Source: Longimicrobiales bacterium
GTDB lineage: Bacteria; Gemmatimonadota; Gemmatimonadetes; Longimicrobiales; Gaopeijiaceae
NCBI GenBank assembly: GCA_965249725.1
Contig: CBDFMQ010000001.1
Coordinates: 224,001 to 288,000 of the forward strand
DNA length: 64,000 nt
Direction of reading: 5' to 3'
Each line of letters begins with the position of its first letter. Position 1 is the first letter of the stretch. Both the position numbers and the translations under genes were made by a program. The notes under the pieces were generated by a model. The model worked only from the letters and a program-made list of their open reading frames with translations, had not been told where the DNA came from and did not search any database. Shown piece by piece: positions 19,904 through 29,450 of this stretch.

Positions 19904-20350
19904 ATGGAGTGTCGCAACCGAGACGAGCTGCTCCCGGCGACCGAAGTGTCTGCAGACGGCCGGCTACCGTGCCGCGGGTTTACGCTGATCGAGCTGATGA
20001 TCGTGACGGTCATCGTCGCACTGTTGGCGGGCATCGCGGTGCCCGAGTTCGACGGTATCCGACAGAAGGCCTTCAACGCTGCGGCTCTGGCGGATCTCAA
20101 CAACGCCAACAAGGAGATCGAGCGCTTCTTCAACGACAACTTTCGATATCCCGCGGATGATGACGAGTTGATCGCAGCGGGGTATTCGCACTCCCCAGGC
20201 GTGTCGTTTACGACGTTCAGCATCCGGGATGCCAGCAACCCGGCCACGACCCGCGTGCACATGCACATCAACCACGAGGGGTCGACGCACTACTATCACT
20301 ACGAATATCCGAAGGGGTATGCCGGGGTGCCGGAGCTTCGCTGGAAGTAG
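19904..20350 (+). CDS. Type IV pilin/pseudopilin-like protein
   Basis: Prepilin motif RGFTLIELMIVTVIVALLAGIAVP; start uncertain. Confidence 0.88.
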   Translation: MECRNRDELLPATEVSADGRLPCRGFTLIELMIVTVIVALLAGIAVPEFDGIRQKAFNAAALADLNNANKEIERFFNDNFRYPADDDELIAAGYSHSPGVSFTTFSIRDASNPATTRVHMHINHEGSTHYYHYEYPKGYAGVPELRWK

Positions 20351-20362
20351 TGCCGGTCGTGA

Positions 20363-20848
20363 TCAGCCGGTGACGACGGAGACTTCCTCCACGATCCATC
20401 CGGTCTCGGGGGTGAACTGCGCCTCGCAGAGAATCTCGGCCCTGGTCCGGCGGCGGCCGTCCTGAATCTCGACCGGGAAAACGACGCTGTACTCCCCGCC
20501 CTGCAGATACTCGGGTCGTTCGGGTCCGAGGAACGAGGGATCCTGCTCGGCCATCTCAGATTCGATCGCCTCACGACAGATCAGCACCGCCTCTTCCTCG
20601 GAGTGCAGGGCCTCAAGCTCGGGATCAGGGCCGGCGTCACCGCTCAGGCCGCGCCACAGGTTGACGACTACGAGCGCGGCGAGGAGCGGGATGGCAGCAC
20701 GCTTCCATCCCTTCGAGCTCCCGCCACCGCCTCCAGGCCGAGGGCCTTTCGGGAGGACCTTGGAGGCAGACAGAGCTCCGCAGTAGGGACAATCCTCGCG
20801 GTCGTCTTTGAATCTGCGTTCGCAGACCTGGCAGGTGGTTAGTGGCAA
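20363..20848 (-). CDS. Hypothetical zinc-ribbon + TM protein
   Basis: CQVC..CPYCG, one TM helix. Confidence 0.7.
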   Translation of the reverse strand: MPLTTCQVCERRFKDDREDCPYCGALSASKVLPKGPRPGGGGGSSKGWKRAAIPLLAALVVVNLWRGLSGDAGPDPELEALHSEEEAVLICREAIESEMAEQDPSFLGPERPEYLQGGEYSVVFPVEIQDGRRRTRAEILCEAQFTPETGWIVEEVSVVTG

Positions 20849-20989
20849 CGGAGGGTCTGGGGGTTCAGGGGTTGTGGTTGGAGAACTTGTCCGACCCGAG
20901 GGGCCAGTGGCAAGAACCGGATGGCGTGGAGACGGTCCAGTCCCGAGATTGCCTCACGGATTCCCCGCACCCGTCAGCAGGAGGCAGGT

Positions 20990-21415
20990 ATGAAGATCAG
21001 GGATATCCTCAGCCACAAAGGGCACGATGTGGTGACCGCGTCCACCGGCGACAGTGTCCTCCAAGTTATCCGTGTTCTCGTTGACCAAAACATCGGTGGT
21101 GTCGTGGTCGTTGATCGCGGGGAGGTCGTCGGCATTCTCACGGAACGTGACGTCCTCCGTCTCGCCGCGACCAAGGCGGATATGCTCGAGGATCTCGAAG
21201 TTGGTCAGGTAATGACTGGCGATGTGATCAAGCTCGCGGCCGACGATGACCTCGCCCACGTAATGGAGGTAATGACGGAGAATCGGATCCGACACCTTCC
21301 GGTCATCGAGGACGGCCGGTTGGCCGGGATCGTGACGATCGGCGATGTCATCAACGCCTTCCGGCGCGTGGCCGAGGACGAGAATGCGCACCTGAGGCGG
21401 TATATCCAAGCCTGA
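20990..21415 (+). CDS. CBS-domain protein
   Basis: ILSHKG, GILTERD, RIRHLPV, GIVTIGD. Confidence 0.92.
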   Translation: MKIRDILSHKGHDVVTASTGDSVLQVIRVLVDQNIGGVVVVDRGEVVGILTERDVLRLAATKADMLEDLEVGQVMTGDVIKLAADDDLAHVMEVMTENRIRHLPVIEDGRLAGIVTIGDVINAFRRVAEDENAHLRRYIQA

Positions 21416-21428
21416 AGCTGACGGGACG

Positions 21429-22100
21429 CTAGCCCTTACGCACCACCCAGGTCGTCATGCAACGAAGCCCCTGGACGTTGGTGGTCTTGATAGGGTCCGC
21501 GAGGGTCCCCCCCAGCTTGTCCGTCAGAGCGAGGAGGAGCTCCTCATCAACGAGGAAGCGATCGGTCCCGTCCGGGAGGTGGAAGCGGCGGTGCCCTAGG
21601 CTCTCGATGCGGTCCTCGATCCCGATGGATGAGGCCGTTCGGGCCCAGAAGAGGCCGCCGCTCTTGAGAACCCTCCACATTGCGGAGACCATCGCTTCGA
21701 ACTCCAACTCGTCCGAGCTGAAGTGCAGCACGGCGCTGCTCAGCACCACGTCGAAGTGCTCATCCGGATGTGGGAGTTCCGCCACGTTGCAGACCTGGAA
21801 GTTCTCCCCGGGTAGAGCCGGGGCCACTTCGGCCGCGAGTCGTTGCACCTGGAGCACGGCTTCGGGACTGCGATCGATCCCTGATGCGTCATATCCGGCT
21901 CGAAGCAGAAACGACAGATTCCTGCCCTCTCCGCACCCGGCGTCCAGCATCCGCATTCCGGGTGTGATTCTACCACGAAGCAGCTGGTCGAAGAGGTAGA
22001 TATCGATCGGTCCGAAGACCCGTCTCAGGTCTTCGGCGTCGGTGAGTGAATCGCTTGCCAATTGCATTCTGGTGTGAAGGTCGTCAGGGTGTTGCGACAT
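21429..22100 (-). CDS. Class I SAM-dependent methyltransferase
   Basis: IDIYLFDQLLRG, LDAGCGEGRN, SAVLHF. Confidence 0.88.
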   Translation of the reverse strand: MSQHPDDLHTRMQLASDSLTDAEDLRRVFGPIDIYLFDQLLRGRITPGMRMLDAGCGEGRNLSFLLRAGYDASGIDRSPEAVLQVQRLAAEVAPALPGENFQVCNVAELPHPDEHFDVVLSSAVLHFSSDELEFEAMVSAMWRVLKSGGLFWARTASSIGIEDRIESLGHRRFHLPDGTDRFLVDEELLLALTDKLGGTLADPIKTTNVQGLRCMTTWVVRKG

Positions 22101-22246
22101 CTTACACGACTGTCGAAATGCTGTGATCGTGGCCTGGCTGACGCAAGGAGCGACGCGCCAGTCGGTGGGCGGTCCGTTTTTTTCTCAAAGGAATCGGTGA
22201 TGAAGACAATAGCTGTACTGGACCACGCTGAGGACGCAGCCGCCAT

Positions 22247-23077
22247 ATGACGCGCGTTGCGATCCAGGGAGAGGCGGGGGCTTTCAGCCACGCGGCGGCC
22301 CAACAGCTGCTCGGATCGGAAATCGACGTTCGGCCATGCAGAACCTTCGACGAGGCCTTCGATGCCGTTCTGAGCGACGAGGTGGATCGGGCGGTGATTC
22401 CCGTCGAGAACTCCTTAGCCGGCCCCGTCGTCGAGTCTCTGGATCTGTTGTGGTCGACTGGTTTACGGGTCGTGGGTGAGACCCGAGTTCGTATTCGCCT
22501 CTGCCTCTCGGCCGCGCCGGGAGTCCGGATCGAGGATGTGCGGACCGTGGCTTCACATCCGGTCGCGTTGAAGCAGTGCAAGGGGCTCTTCCAAGCCTAC
22601 CCACTCATGGAGAGCGTCGTCGTCTACGACACGGCCGGTTCAGTCCGGGACCTCATGCTAGGGGACGCAGGCTACGACGCGGCCATCGGATCACTCCTTG
22701 CCGCTCAGCTCTATGGTGCGGAGGTACTGAACGAGGGAGTGGAAGACGACGATCGGAACTACACCCGGTTCTTCGAGCTGACGGCCCCGGGATCCGCGGC
22801 GTCGGAAGGTGGAGACAGTGCCGCAGTGGCTGCCGTAGTCCGGAATGAACCGGGTGGCCTTCACGAGGTGATGGGGGTCTTCGCCGGCCACGGTGTCGAC
22901 ATGACCCAGATCGTCGCTCGACCCATCCGCGGGGCCCCGTGGCAGTACCGGTTCTACATGGAAGTCCGTGCCGATCGGCCGGAGGACCTGACCAAGTGCC
23001 TGCGGGTGCTGGACGGTGTCGCGGTAGAGACCCGGGTCTTCGGCATCTACTCCAGGTGGGAAGAGGCCGCGGGCTGA
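22247..23077 (+). CDS. pheA: Prephenate dehydratase
   Basis: VAIQGEAGAFSH, PVENS, SHPVALKQC, NYTRF, C-terminal ACT domain. Confidence 0.9.
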   Translation: MTRVAIQGEAGAFSHAAAQQLLGSEIDVRPCRTFDEAFDAVLSDEVDRAVIPVENSLAGPVVESLDLLWSTGLRVVGETRVRIRLCLSAAPGVRIEDVRTVASHPVALKQCKGLFQAYPLMESVVVYDTAGSVRDLMLGDAGYDAAIGSLLAAQLYGAEVLNEGVEDDDRNYTRFFELTAPGSAASEGGDSAAVAAVVRNEPGGLHEVMGVFAGHGVDMTQIVARPIRGAPWQYRFYMEVRADRPEDLTKCLRVLDGVAVETRVFGIYSRWEEAAG

Positions 23078-23994
23078 ACGGGGCGTTTCGGCCGACCCCC
23101 CTTCAAGGTCACAATGACCACCGACGACAGGATCATCGCCATGGCAACGGCGGCCTTCGCGTCGAGTCGTTCGTCGGCGAGGAGCCATCCGAGAACCACG
23201 GCCACCGCCGGGTTCACATACGCATAGGTGCTAGCTCGCGCGGGTGTGGTCACGCCCAGGAGCCAGATGTAGGCCGAGTAGGCGACCACAGCGCCGAAGA
23301 CGATGAGGTACGCGAGGGAGACCAGCGACTTCATCGAGACGTTGGCTGTATCGAACTGTCCCGGTTCGCCTGATATGATCGCCATGACCGCGAGTACTGC
23401 CCCTCCGGAGAGCATCTGCATGGCGGTGGTGAGCCAGGGCGAATCCGGGAGCCGGGCCCGACGCGCATAGATCGATCCTGAAGCCCAGGCCAAGGCAGCC
23501 CCGAGGAGGGCCATCGCACCCAGGAGTCCTTCCCGACTCTGTGCCCCGACCCGGTCCGAGCTGACGAGCAGCCCCACGCCCAGGAGTCCCCACAGAAGGC
23601 CGGCGGTGAGGGCGCCGGACGGGCGCTCACTGCCACCGGTCAGCCAATCGATCAGGACCATCCACAACGAGACGGAGGCGATGATCACGGCCGCAAGCCC
23701 GGAAGGCACCCACTGGATCGCCCAGACCACGCCCCCGTTTCCTCCCCCGAGCAGCAGCGTGCCGACGATGGCTGCCGAGAGCCAGTCACGCCCGGTGGGG
23801 CGCTCTGTTCTGCTACGAGCGAAAGCGTAGAGGATGGCCCCGGCAGGGAGGAACCGAACCGCTGCCATCGTGAACGGAGGGATCGTCTCGATCGTGAAGC
23901 GGATCGCGATGTACGAGGAGCCCCAGATGACATACACCGACGCCAACGCCAGCATCAGCTTCCACAGCGCCGGGTCGGCTTGAGGTGAACGCAT
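23047..23994 (-). CDS. EamA/DMT family transporter (YedA-like)
   Basis: VYVIWGSSY, PPF..A.VRF, YAYVNPAVAVVLG; about 10 TM helices. Confidence 0.9.
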   Translation of the reverse strand: MRSPQADPALWKLMLALASVYVIWGSSYIAIRFTIETIPPFTMAAVRFLPAGAILYAFARSRTERPTGRDWLSAAIVGTLLLGGGNGGVVWAIQWVPSGLAAVIIASVSLWMVLIDWLTGGSERPSGALTAGLLWGLLGVGLLVSSDRVGAQSREGLLGAMALLGAALAWASGSIYARRARLPDSPWLTTAMQMLSGGAVLAVMAIISGEPGQFDTANVSMKSLVSLAYLIVFGAVVAYSAYIWLLGVTTPARASTYAYVNPAVAVVLGWLLADERLDAKAAVAMAMILSSVVIVTLKGGRPKRPVQPAASSHLE

Positions 23995-24118
23995 GCGTAT
24001 GCATACCCCCGCGAGTTCCATGATGGCGTCGGGACGCGTAAGGGGCACGCAGCCCCAGCCTTGCCCCGCCCTCGGCTTGGGCCCAGCATCACTCAACGTC
24101 CCACCAAGGAGAATTCCC

Positions 24119-25672
24119 ATGCGCCCAGCCACCGCGCTCCCGACGGCGCTTCCGGCCGCGCTTCCGACGTCGCTTGCAGCCGTGCTTATTATGGTCGTGG
24201 TGACCGTGGCCTGCGAGGCAGGGGATACCTCTTCGGAAGCCGACGGGGGCGTATGGAATCCTGAGTTCTCAGCTGTGCAAGCCGAGCTCCTGGGTGAGCC
24301 CGGCACGCTCACGAACGCGTGGGCCGATATCGATGGGGACGGCGATTCCGATCTCTTCGTGGGGTTCAACGGAAGCCCGAATCGCCTGTACCGAAACGAC
24401 GATGGTCTACTTGTGGACGTGGCGACCGAGATGGGGTTGGCAGATGAGCGCTCGACCCGGACGTCGGCATGGGGAGACTTCGATTCGGACGGGGACCCGG
24501 ATCTCTTTCTAGGGTTTGCCGGTGGTGATGGGCCGGTCACCAAGCTCTACCGGAATGACGGAACGTCCTTTCTGGACATCACGGTCGATGTAGGGTTGCA
24601 GGTTGCAGAAGGGTCGACGCGGCAGGCGAGTTGGGTGGATTACGATTCTGACGGGGACCTGGACCTCTTTCTGGCTCTCCGGAATTTCCCCAACACCCTG
24701 TTTGCGAACGAGAACGGGACCTTCCGGGATGTCGCCGCAGAGGTTGGTCTCGACGACTTGGCGAGAACGGTGGGCGCCGTCTGGTTCGATTACCAGCAGG
24801 ACGGAGACCTCGACATCTTCGTCGCCAATATGGACGGGGATCCGAACAGGCTCTTTAGCAACGACGGTGGCACCTTCACGGACGTGGCGACTGCTGCGGG
24901 CGTCGTTAGTGGAGGGCGGGGGCTCGGAGACGAGTCACACGGCACGGTACGTCCGTGTGTGGTCGATTACGACAACGACGGGCTGTTTGACCTATTCATG
25001 GCCAACTACGGTCCCAACGCCCTCTTCAGGAATGGGGGGGACGGTACGTTCCGCGACGTGGCGCCCGAGTTTGGGCTTGATATCGATGCCCGCTACGATG
25101 CGTGCGAGTTCGGCGATTTCGACAACGACGGACGGGTCGATCTCTTCGTCAATGGGACGGTCACGGGGGGGATTCAATACCGCGACTACCTGTTCAGAAA
25201 CACCGGCGACGGTTTCGCCGATGTGACGCCGCCCGAACTGCTCGGCCTTGATGCGGATCACGGTGTTCGCTGGCTCGATTATGATCGCGATGGCGCCTTG
25301 GATCTGTCCCTCACGGGTGTGACCGACACGGGCATGCACCATGTGATGCGGAACCTGATGGGCTCCGACCTGTCGGGGCGCTCCATCCAGGTTCGGGTCG
25401 TCGATGCGGCGGGACACGCCACGAAGGCCGGGGCTGAGGTGCGGGTCTACGTGGCGGGAACCCGAACGCTCCTGGGCACCCGTCTTATCGACTCCGGGTC
25501 CGGCTATGACACCCAAAGCGTGCTGCCGGTCCACTTCGGATTGGGGGGCGATGGGCCAGTCGACATCGAGGTGTTGTTTCCTGGCGGCGGGTCACGAGAG
25601 GTGACCCAGCGGAAGAACGTCGATCCGGCCGCCCATGTCGGCCAGCCGATTACCGTGATGCTCCCCGGATAG
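24119..25672 (+). CDS. CRTAC1-like FG-GAP repeat lipoprotein with ASPIC/UnbV C-terminus
   Basis: Repeated W.D.D.DGD.DL and NRLYRN motifs, GSGY..Q..VHFGLG; lipobox VAC. Confidence 0.88.
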   Translation: MRPATALPTALPAALPTSLAAVLIMVVVTVACEAGDTSSEADGGVWNPEFSAVQAELLGEPGTLTNAWADIDGDGDSDLFVGFNGSPNRLYRNDDGLLVDVATEMGLADERSTRTSAWGDFDSDGDPDLFLGFAGGDGPVTKLYRNDGTSFLDITVDVGLQVAEGSTRQASWVDYDSDGDLDLFLALRNFPNTLFANENGTFRDVAAEVGLDDLARTVGAVWFDYQQDGDLDIFVANMDGDPNRLFSNDGGTFTDVATAAGVVSGGRGLGDESHGTVRPCVVDYDNDGLFDLFMANYGPNALFRNGGDGTFRDVAPEFGLDIDARYDACEFGDFDNDGRVDLFVNGTVTGGIQYRDYLFRNTGDGFADVTPPELLGLDADHGVRWLDYDRDGALDLSLTGVTDTGMHHVMRNLMGSDLSGRSIQVRVVDAAGHATKAGAEVRVYVAGTRTLLGTRLIDSGSGYDTQSVLPVHFGLGGDGPVDIEVLFPGGGSREVTQRKNVDPAAHVGQPITVMLPG

Positions 25673-25678
25673 ACCAAA

Positions 25679-26503
25679 ATGTCCCCCGGCCTCTCCGTCC
25701 GTCCTCTCACCCCGGTCATCGGGGCGGAAATCGAAGGCGTGAACCTCGCCGAGCCGTTGGACGACCTCACCGTCAAGGAGATCCAGGACGCGCTCACTGC
25801 ACACCAGGTGATCTTCTTTCGAAACCAGGACATCTCGGTCGAGCAGCAAAAGGCTCTCGGCAGGTGGTTCGGAGAACTGGTCGTGCATCCCAACGATCCC
25901 GGGCTGGAGGGCCATCCCGAGGTGATGATCATCCACGCCGACGAATCGTCCAAGCGGGTGGCGGGGGAGCGGTGGCACTCCGACGTATCTTGCTCGGAGG
26001 AGCCTCCCTTGGGCTCGATCCTCCGCCTGTTCACCGTTCCGGAATCGGGTGGCGATACCCTCTTCGCCAGCATGTACGCGGCCTACGACGCCCTATCCGG
26101 GCCGATGAAGAGCTTGCTCCAGGGGCTGACCGCGATTCACGATGGTGGGCCATACTACCGGGACGTGAACCCTCTGATCGGTCGCGACGAGGCCGGTCGT
26201 GAATACCCCAAGGCCGAGCATCCCGTGGTCCGGTCCCACCCCGTGACGGGACGAAAGGCCCTCTTCGTCAACGAGATCTTCACGACCCGGCTGGTGGGCC
26301 TGCCTACGCCCGAAAGCGACGCGATCCTCGATTTTCTGTTCCGGCATGTGCAGCGTGGCGACTTCCAGTGCCGCTTCCGTTGGGAGCCCCACTCGATCTC
26401 GTTTTGGGACAACCGTTGGACCCAGCACCTGGCGATCTGGGACTACTGGCCCCAGACCCGATCGGGGTACCGCGTCACCATCAGGGGAGAGCGTCCAGTC
26501 TGA
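25679..26503 (+). CDS. tauD: TauD/TfdA alpha-ketoglutarate dioxygenase
   Basis: IGAEI.G, WHSDV, GGDTLFA, HPVVR.HP.TG, WDNR.TQH. Confidence 0.85.
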   Translation: MSPGLSVRPLTPVIGAEIEGVNLAEPLDDLTVKEIQDALTAHQVIFFRNQDISVEQQKALGRWFGELVVHPNDPGLEGHPEVMIIHADESSKRVAGERWHSDVSCSEEPPLGSILRLFTVPESGGDTLFASMYAAYDALSGPMKSLLQGLTAIHDGGPYYRDVNPLIGRDEAGREYPKAEHPVVRSHPVTGRKALFVNEIFTTRLVGLPTPESDAILDFLFRHVQRGDFQCRFRWEPHSISFWDNRWTQHLAIWDYWPQTRSGYRVTIRGERPV

Positions 26504-26512
26504 CGGCGACCG

Positions 26513-27181
26513 TCACTCGCCCTCCTTCAGGATTCGCTCCAGGGCCTCCTCGTCGGATACCCGGTACGTCCCGTCACCCTCGGAGACGATGACACCCTCC
26601 TGCTTCATCTTCCCCAACTCCCGAGCCAGGACCTCCCGGACCGTTCCCAGATCCTCGGCCCACGACTCCTGGGTGCCCTCCACGCGGATCACACCCTCCC
26701 CATCGGTGGCCTCTGCGAGTAGCGACGAGGCCAGTCTGGACCGCACCGTCCCGAGCGTATTGCGCTGAAGACGGGCCACGAGGTGGCGCACCCGTCCCCC
26801 CAGACGCTCGAGCAATCGCCAGGCCAGGTCGGGATCCGCGCGGATGGCGGCGTGGATCACGTCCGCCGGGACGATGAGGCATTCCCCGTCCGTGGCCGCG
26901 ATACACGTCGCGGGGTATCCCGCCCCGTCCAGCAACGGGACCTCGCCTAGGGTCGCGCCCGGGCCCTCCGTGTGGACCTGCTGACGGCCCGCACGGGTCT
27001 GCAGCACCCGCACTCGACCACTCAACAGCACGTACAGGCCACGAGAAGGCTCACCGGCCCGCCACAACAATGCCCCTTTCACGTGGCGTCGAACCGTGGC
27101 CTGCCGACAGAGGTCCGTACGGGCGGCGGCGTTCAGCTCGCGAAAGATCTCGATTCCTGCGAGCGTCGATTCTTCGATCAT
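26513..27181 (-). CDS. Crp/Fnr family regulator
   Basis: cNMP domain (LGEVPLLDG..YPA), HTH TQE..AEDLGTVREVLAR. Confidence 0.9.
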   Translation of the reverse strand: MIEESTLAGIEIFRELNAAARTDLCRQATVRRHVKGALLWRAGEPSRGLYVLLSGRVRVLQTRAGRQQVHTEGPGATLGEVPLLDGAGYPATCIAATDGECLIVPADVIHAAIRADPDLAWRLLERLGGRVRHLVARLQRNTLGTVRSRLASSLLAEATDGEGVIRVEGTQESWAEDLGTVREVLARELGKMKQEGVIVSEGDGTYRVSDEEALERILKEGE

Positions 27182-27187
27182 GGGTCC

Positions 27188-27203
27188 TGTGACAAAAGTC
27201 ACG
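27188..27203. promoter_or_regulatory. CRP-type box
   Basis: TGTGA-CAAAAG-TCACG between the divergent Crp-family and Spy/CpxP-like genes. Confidence 0.65.
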
Positions 27204-27265
27204 GCTGTGCGGTTCTGGAGCCGTCATCTTCCGAGGAATGACACCCTTGCCGCAAGGAGTTCGAC

Positions 27266-27811
27266 ATGCAGAGACCCCTAGGTCCGTCCGCGTTGGCCCT
27301 GAGCCTGGCCGTACTGTTGTTGGGTACGTCCGTCGCACCCGAGCCGGTAACGGCCCAGCACCAGCACCCGTCACCCTATGCAGGTCACGAAGCCATGGAG
27401 ATCTCCTCGCTCAGTCCGGATGAACTCCGAGAGCTACGGACGGGGGAGGGCATGGGATTGGCCCGGGCGGCCGAACTCAATCACTTCCCGGGTCCCAAGC
27501 ACGCGCTCGAGCTCCAGGCCGAACTGGCGCTTTCCTCCGACCAGGTGGGAGGTCTCACTGAGATCAGGCGCGTCACGCTCGAGCAGGCCATCGAGATGGG
27601 CGAGGAGATCATCACTGCCGAGCGCGAACTAACCGAGCTGTTTCGAGGAGGCACGCCCGACGATTCGGGTGTCACGACACTCACGGCCAGGCTGGGGGCG
27701 ATGTACGGTGAGCTGAGAGCCGTTCACCTGATCGCACACCTGCGCACGGTCGAGCTGATGACACCGGAGCAGGTCGGCGACTATGACCGGCTGAGAGGTT
27801 ATGTGAGGTAG
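27266..27811 (+). CDS. Spy/CpxP-like periplasmic protein
   Basis: Signal peptide, GMGLARAAELNHFPGPKH, LALSSDQ and MTPEQ (LTxxQ-like) motifs. Confidence 0.8.
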   Translation: MQRPLGPSALALSLAVLLLGTSVAPEPVTAQHQHPSPYAGHEAMEISSLSPDELRELRTGEGMGLARAAELNHFPGPKHALELQAELALSSDQVGGLTEIRRVTLEQAIEMGEEIITAERELTELFRGGTPDDSGVTTLTARLGAMYGELRAVHLIAHLRTVELMTPEQVGDYDRLRGYVR

Positions 27812-27846
27812 GACGGGATCTCAGGCCATCCGCACGGACCAGACGT

Positions 27847-27876
27847 AAGGGGGCCCCGATCTCGGGGTCCCCTTCT
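27847..27876. terminator. Likely bidirectional terminator between convergent genes
   Basis: AAGGGGGCCCCG-ATCT-CGGGGTCCCCTT hairpin. Confidence 0.6.
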
Positions 27877-27924
27877 TCACCGCGGTCTTAGACCGCGAGA
27901 GGCCGTCTGGTCTAGTTCAAGCGA

Positions 27925-28485
27925 TCAACCGGGCCACAGCCATCCGAACACCCCTGCCGTCAGGAGCGAGTAGATGAGCCCGTCGAACATCGACTTGAAC
28001 GTGGCGCCCCAATTCTTGTGGTACCAAATCGAATTCTGAGGCAGTCCCAGAGCATATCCCACGAACGCGACGCTCCCGACGTAGCGGAACACTACCAGGT
28101 AGTCTTCGCCGGGCTGGACGGCGTTGCCGGCCACATAGGCGGCAAAGATCCCGATGACGATGCAGTAGATGAACCACTGCGTCAGGTACTTGCCCATGGC
28201 CGGGACGCCGTTCGCCACAACGGTCAACATGGCGTTGGGACCCTGGTTTGCCTTCTCGATCCACTCCGGATCACTCATGGCCTTGGCGGTTCCCGCGTAC
28301 GGGATGTGGTAGTCTCCCGGAGCGATGTTCGCGCCGCGCAACGCCTCCCGTACGCTGTCCTCCGAGGGTACCTGGCCGTAATCGCTCTGGTGATAGGTCA
28401 TGAACATGTGGAGGATCGAGCTGGCGATGAACACGATCACAGCCGACAGCAGGATGGGAATCCAGAGTGACATCAAGGGGACCAT
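27925..28485 (-). CDS. Conserved 4-TM membrane protein (DUF1761-like)
   Basis: LWIPILLSAV.VF.ASS..HM, SIWY, DGLIY.LLTAG.FGWLWP. Confidence 0.75.
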   Translation of the reverse strand: MVPLMSLWIPILLSAVIVFIASSILHMFMTYHQSDYGQVPSEDSVREALRGANIAPGDYHIPYAGTAKAMSDPEWIEKANQGPNAMLTVVANGVPAMGKYLTQWFIYCIVIGIFAAYVAGNAVQPGEDYLVVFRYVGSVAFVGYALGLPQNSIWYHKNWGATFKSMFDGLIYSLLTAGVFGWLWPG

Positions 28486-28594
28486 AGTGAGCTCCTGGAA
28501 TTGGCGAGAATGCCCCGGCACTTGCCCGTCACGTCGGTAGGCAAGGTGTGAGGGGCCCCCGTCAATCGCAAGAAAACCGGCCCCTCCCCGACGG

Positions 28595-29293
28595 TCAGGG
28601 GGTGGGCGCTGTGAGAGTGAAGGATTCTCCCTGCTCCATCACTTGGGCGTCGAAACACCCGCGCGTTCCTTCCCCTTCAGCTTGATGATACAGCACGATT
28701 CTCTCAGCGTCGATTTCACGTCCGAACGCCCCGGCGGTACAACCGAGCCAGGGAGTCACGAACGCGACCTTCAGCTTGGGGACGGAGAGGAGATGGCCCG
28801 GATTCTCGGTGTCCCCGACGAAGTAGAAACGCAGACCGTGCCACGTGACGAGATAGGAGTAGTGCTCCACGTCGCTGTGTGCGGTCCGGTGCGGCCGGAC
28901 CGTGAACGCCCCGACCTCGATGGCCTCACTCATCACGACTACGCGGCCAGCCGGCAGCCGCGCGGTGACCTCGACCGGTCCGATGATGTCCCAATCCCGC
29001 TCGAGGAACAGCGCTTCGTCGAAGTGGTCCGCGTGACGATGGGTGATCAACGAGACGACCCGCCCCTGTGGATCCAAGGTTCCGGGGTCGTACTGCATGT
29101 AGTTGAACGCGCCCGGCTGATACGGAAGATCGGTGAGGATGGTGGTCTCACCGTCGGAGAGCTCGAAGCCTTCGTTGCCGATGAAACGGATCTGGAGCGC
29201 CGCCACCTGAGGGGCCGGGCTTGATGCGGTCGCGTGGAGATCGGCCTGTGAAAGAGTGACCAGCGCGAAAACGGTGACCGCGATCGGGCTCAC
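28595..29293 (-). CDS. MBL-fold metallo-hydrolase, exported
   Basis: LITHRHADHFD, YFVGDT, signal peptide. Confidence 0.8.
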   Translation of the reverse strand: MSPIAVTVFALVTLSQADLHATASSPAPQVAALQIRFIGNEGFELSDGETTILTDLPYQPGAFNYMQYDPGTLDPQGRVVSLITHRHADHFDEALFLERDWDIIGPVEVTARLPAGRVVVMSEAIEVGAFTVRPHRTAHSDVEHYSYLVTWHGLRFYFVGDTENPGHLLSVPKLKVAFVTPWLGCTAGAFGREIDAERIVLYHQAEGEGTRGCFDAQVMEQGESFTLTAPTP

Positions 29294-29450
29294 CTAGATG
29301 GCTCCACCGTTCGGTTCATAGGCGCAGAACGGATTGGTCGTAGACGTAGCCGGGAATGCGAGACCTCACCAAAGAGGCCTTGGAGGCAGGCCCCGGGTGA
29401 CCTAATGCCGGTGCTGACGGATGCACGTGGTTCTCCGATGCAGAGAGCTT

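Noticed and set aside
19904..20350. Pilus or secretion system
   Set aside because: Orphan pilin only; no assembly genes in the window
29320..29440. attC-like element before the MBL gene
   Set aside because: Ends only loosely inverted and the cores do not fit the consensus
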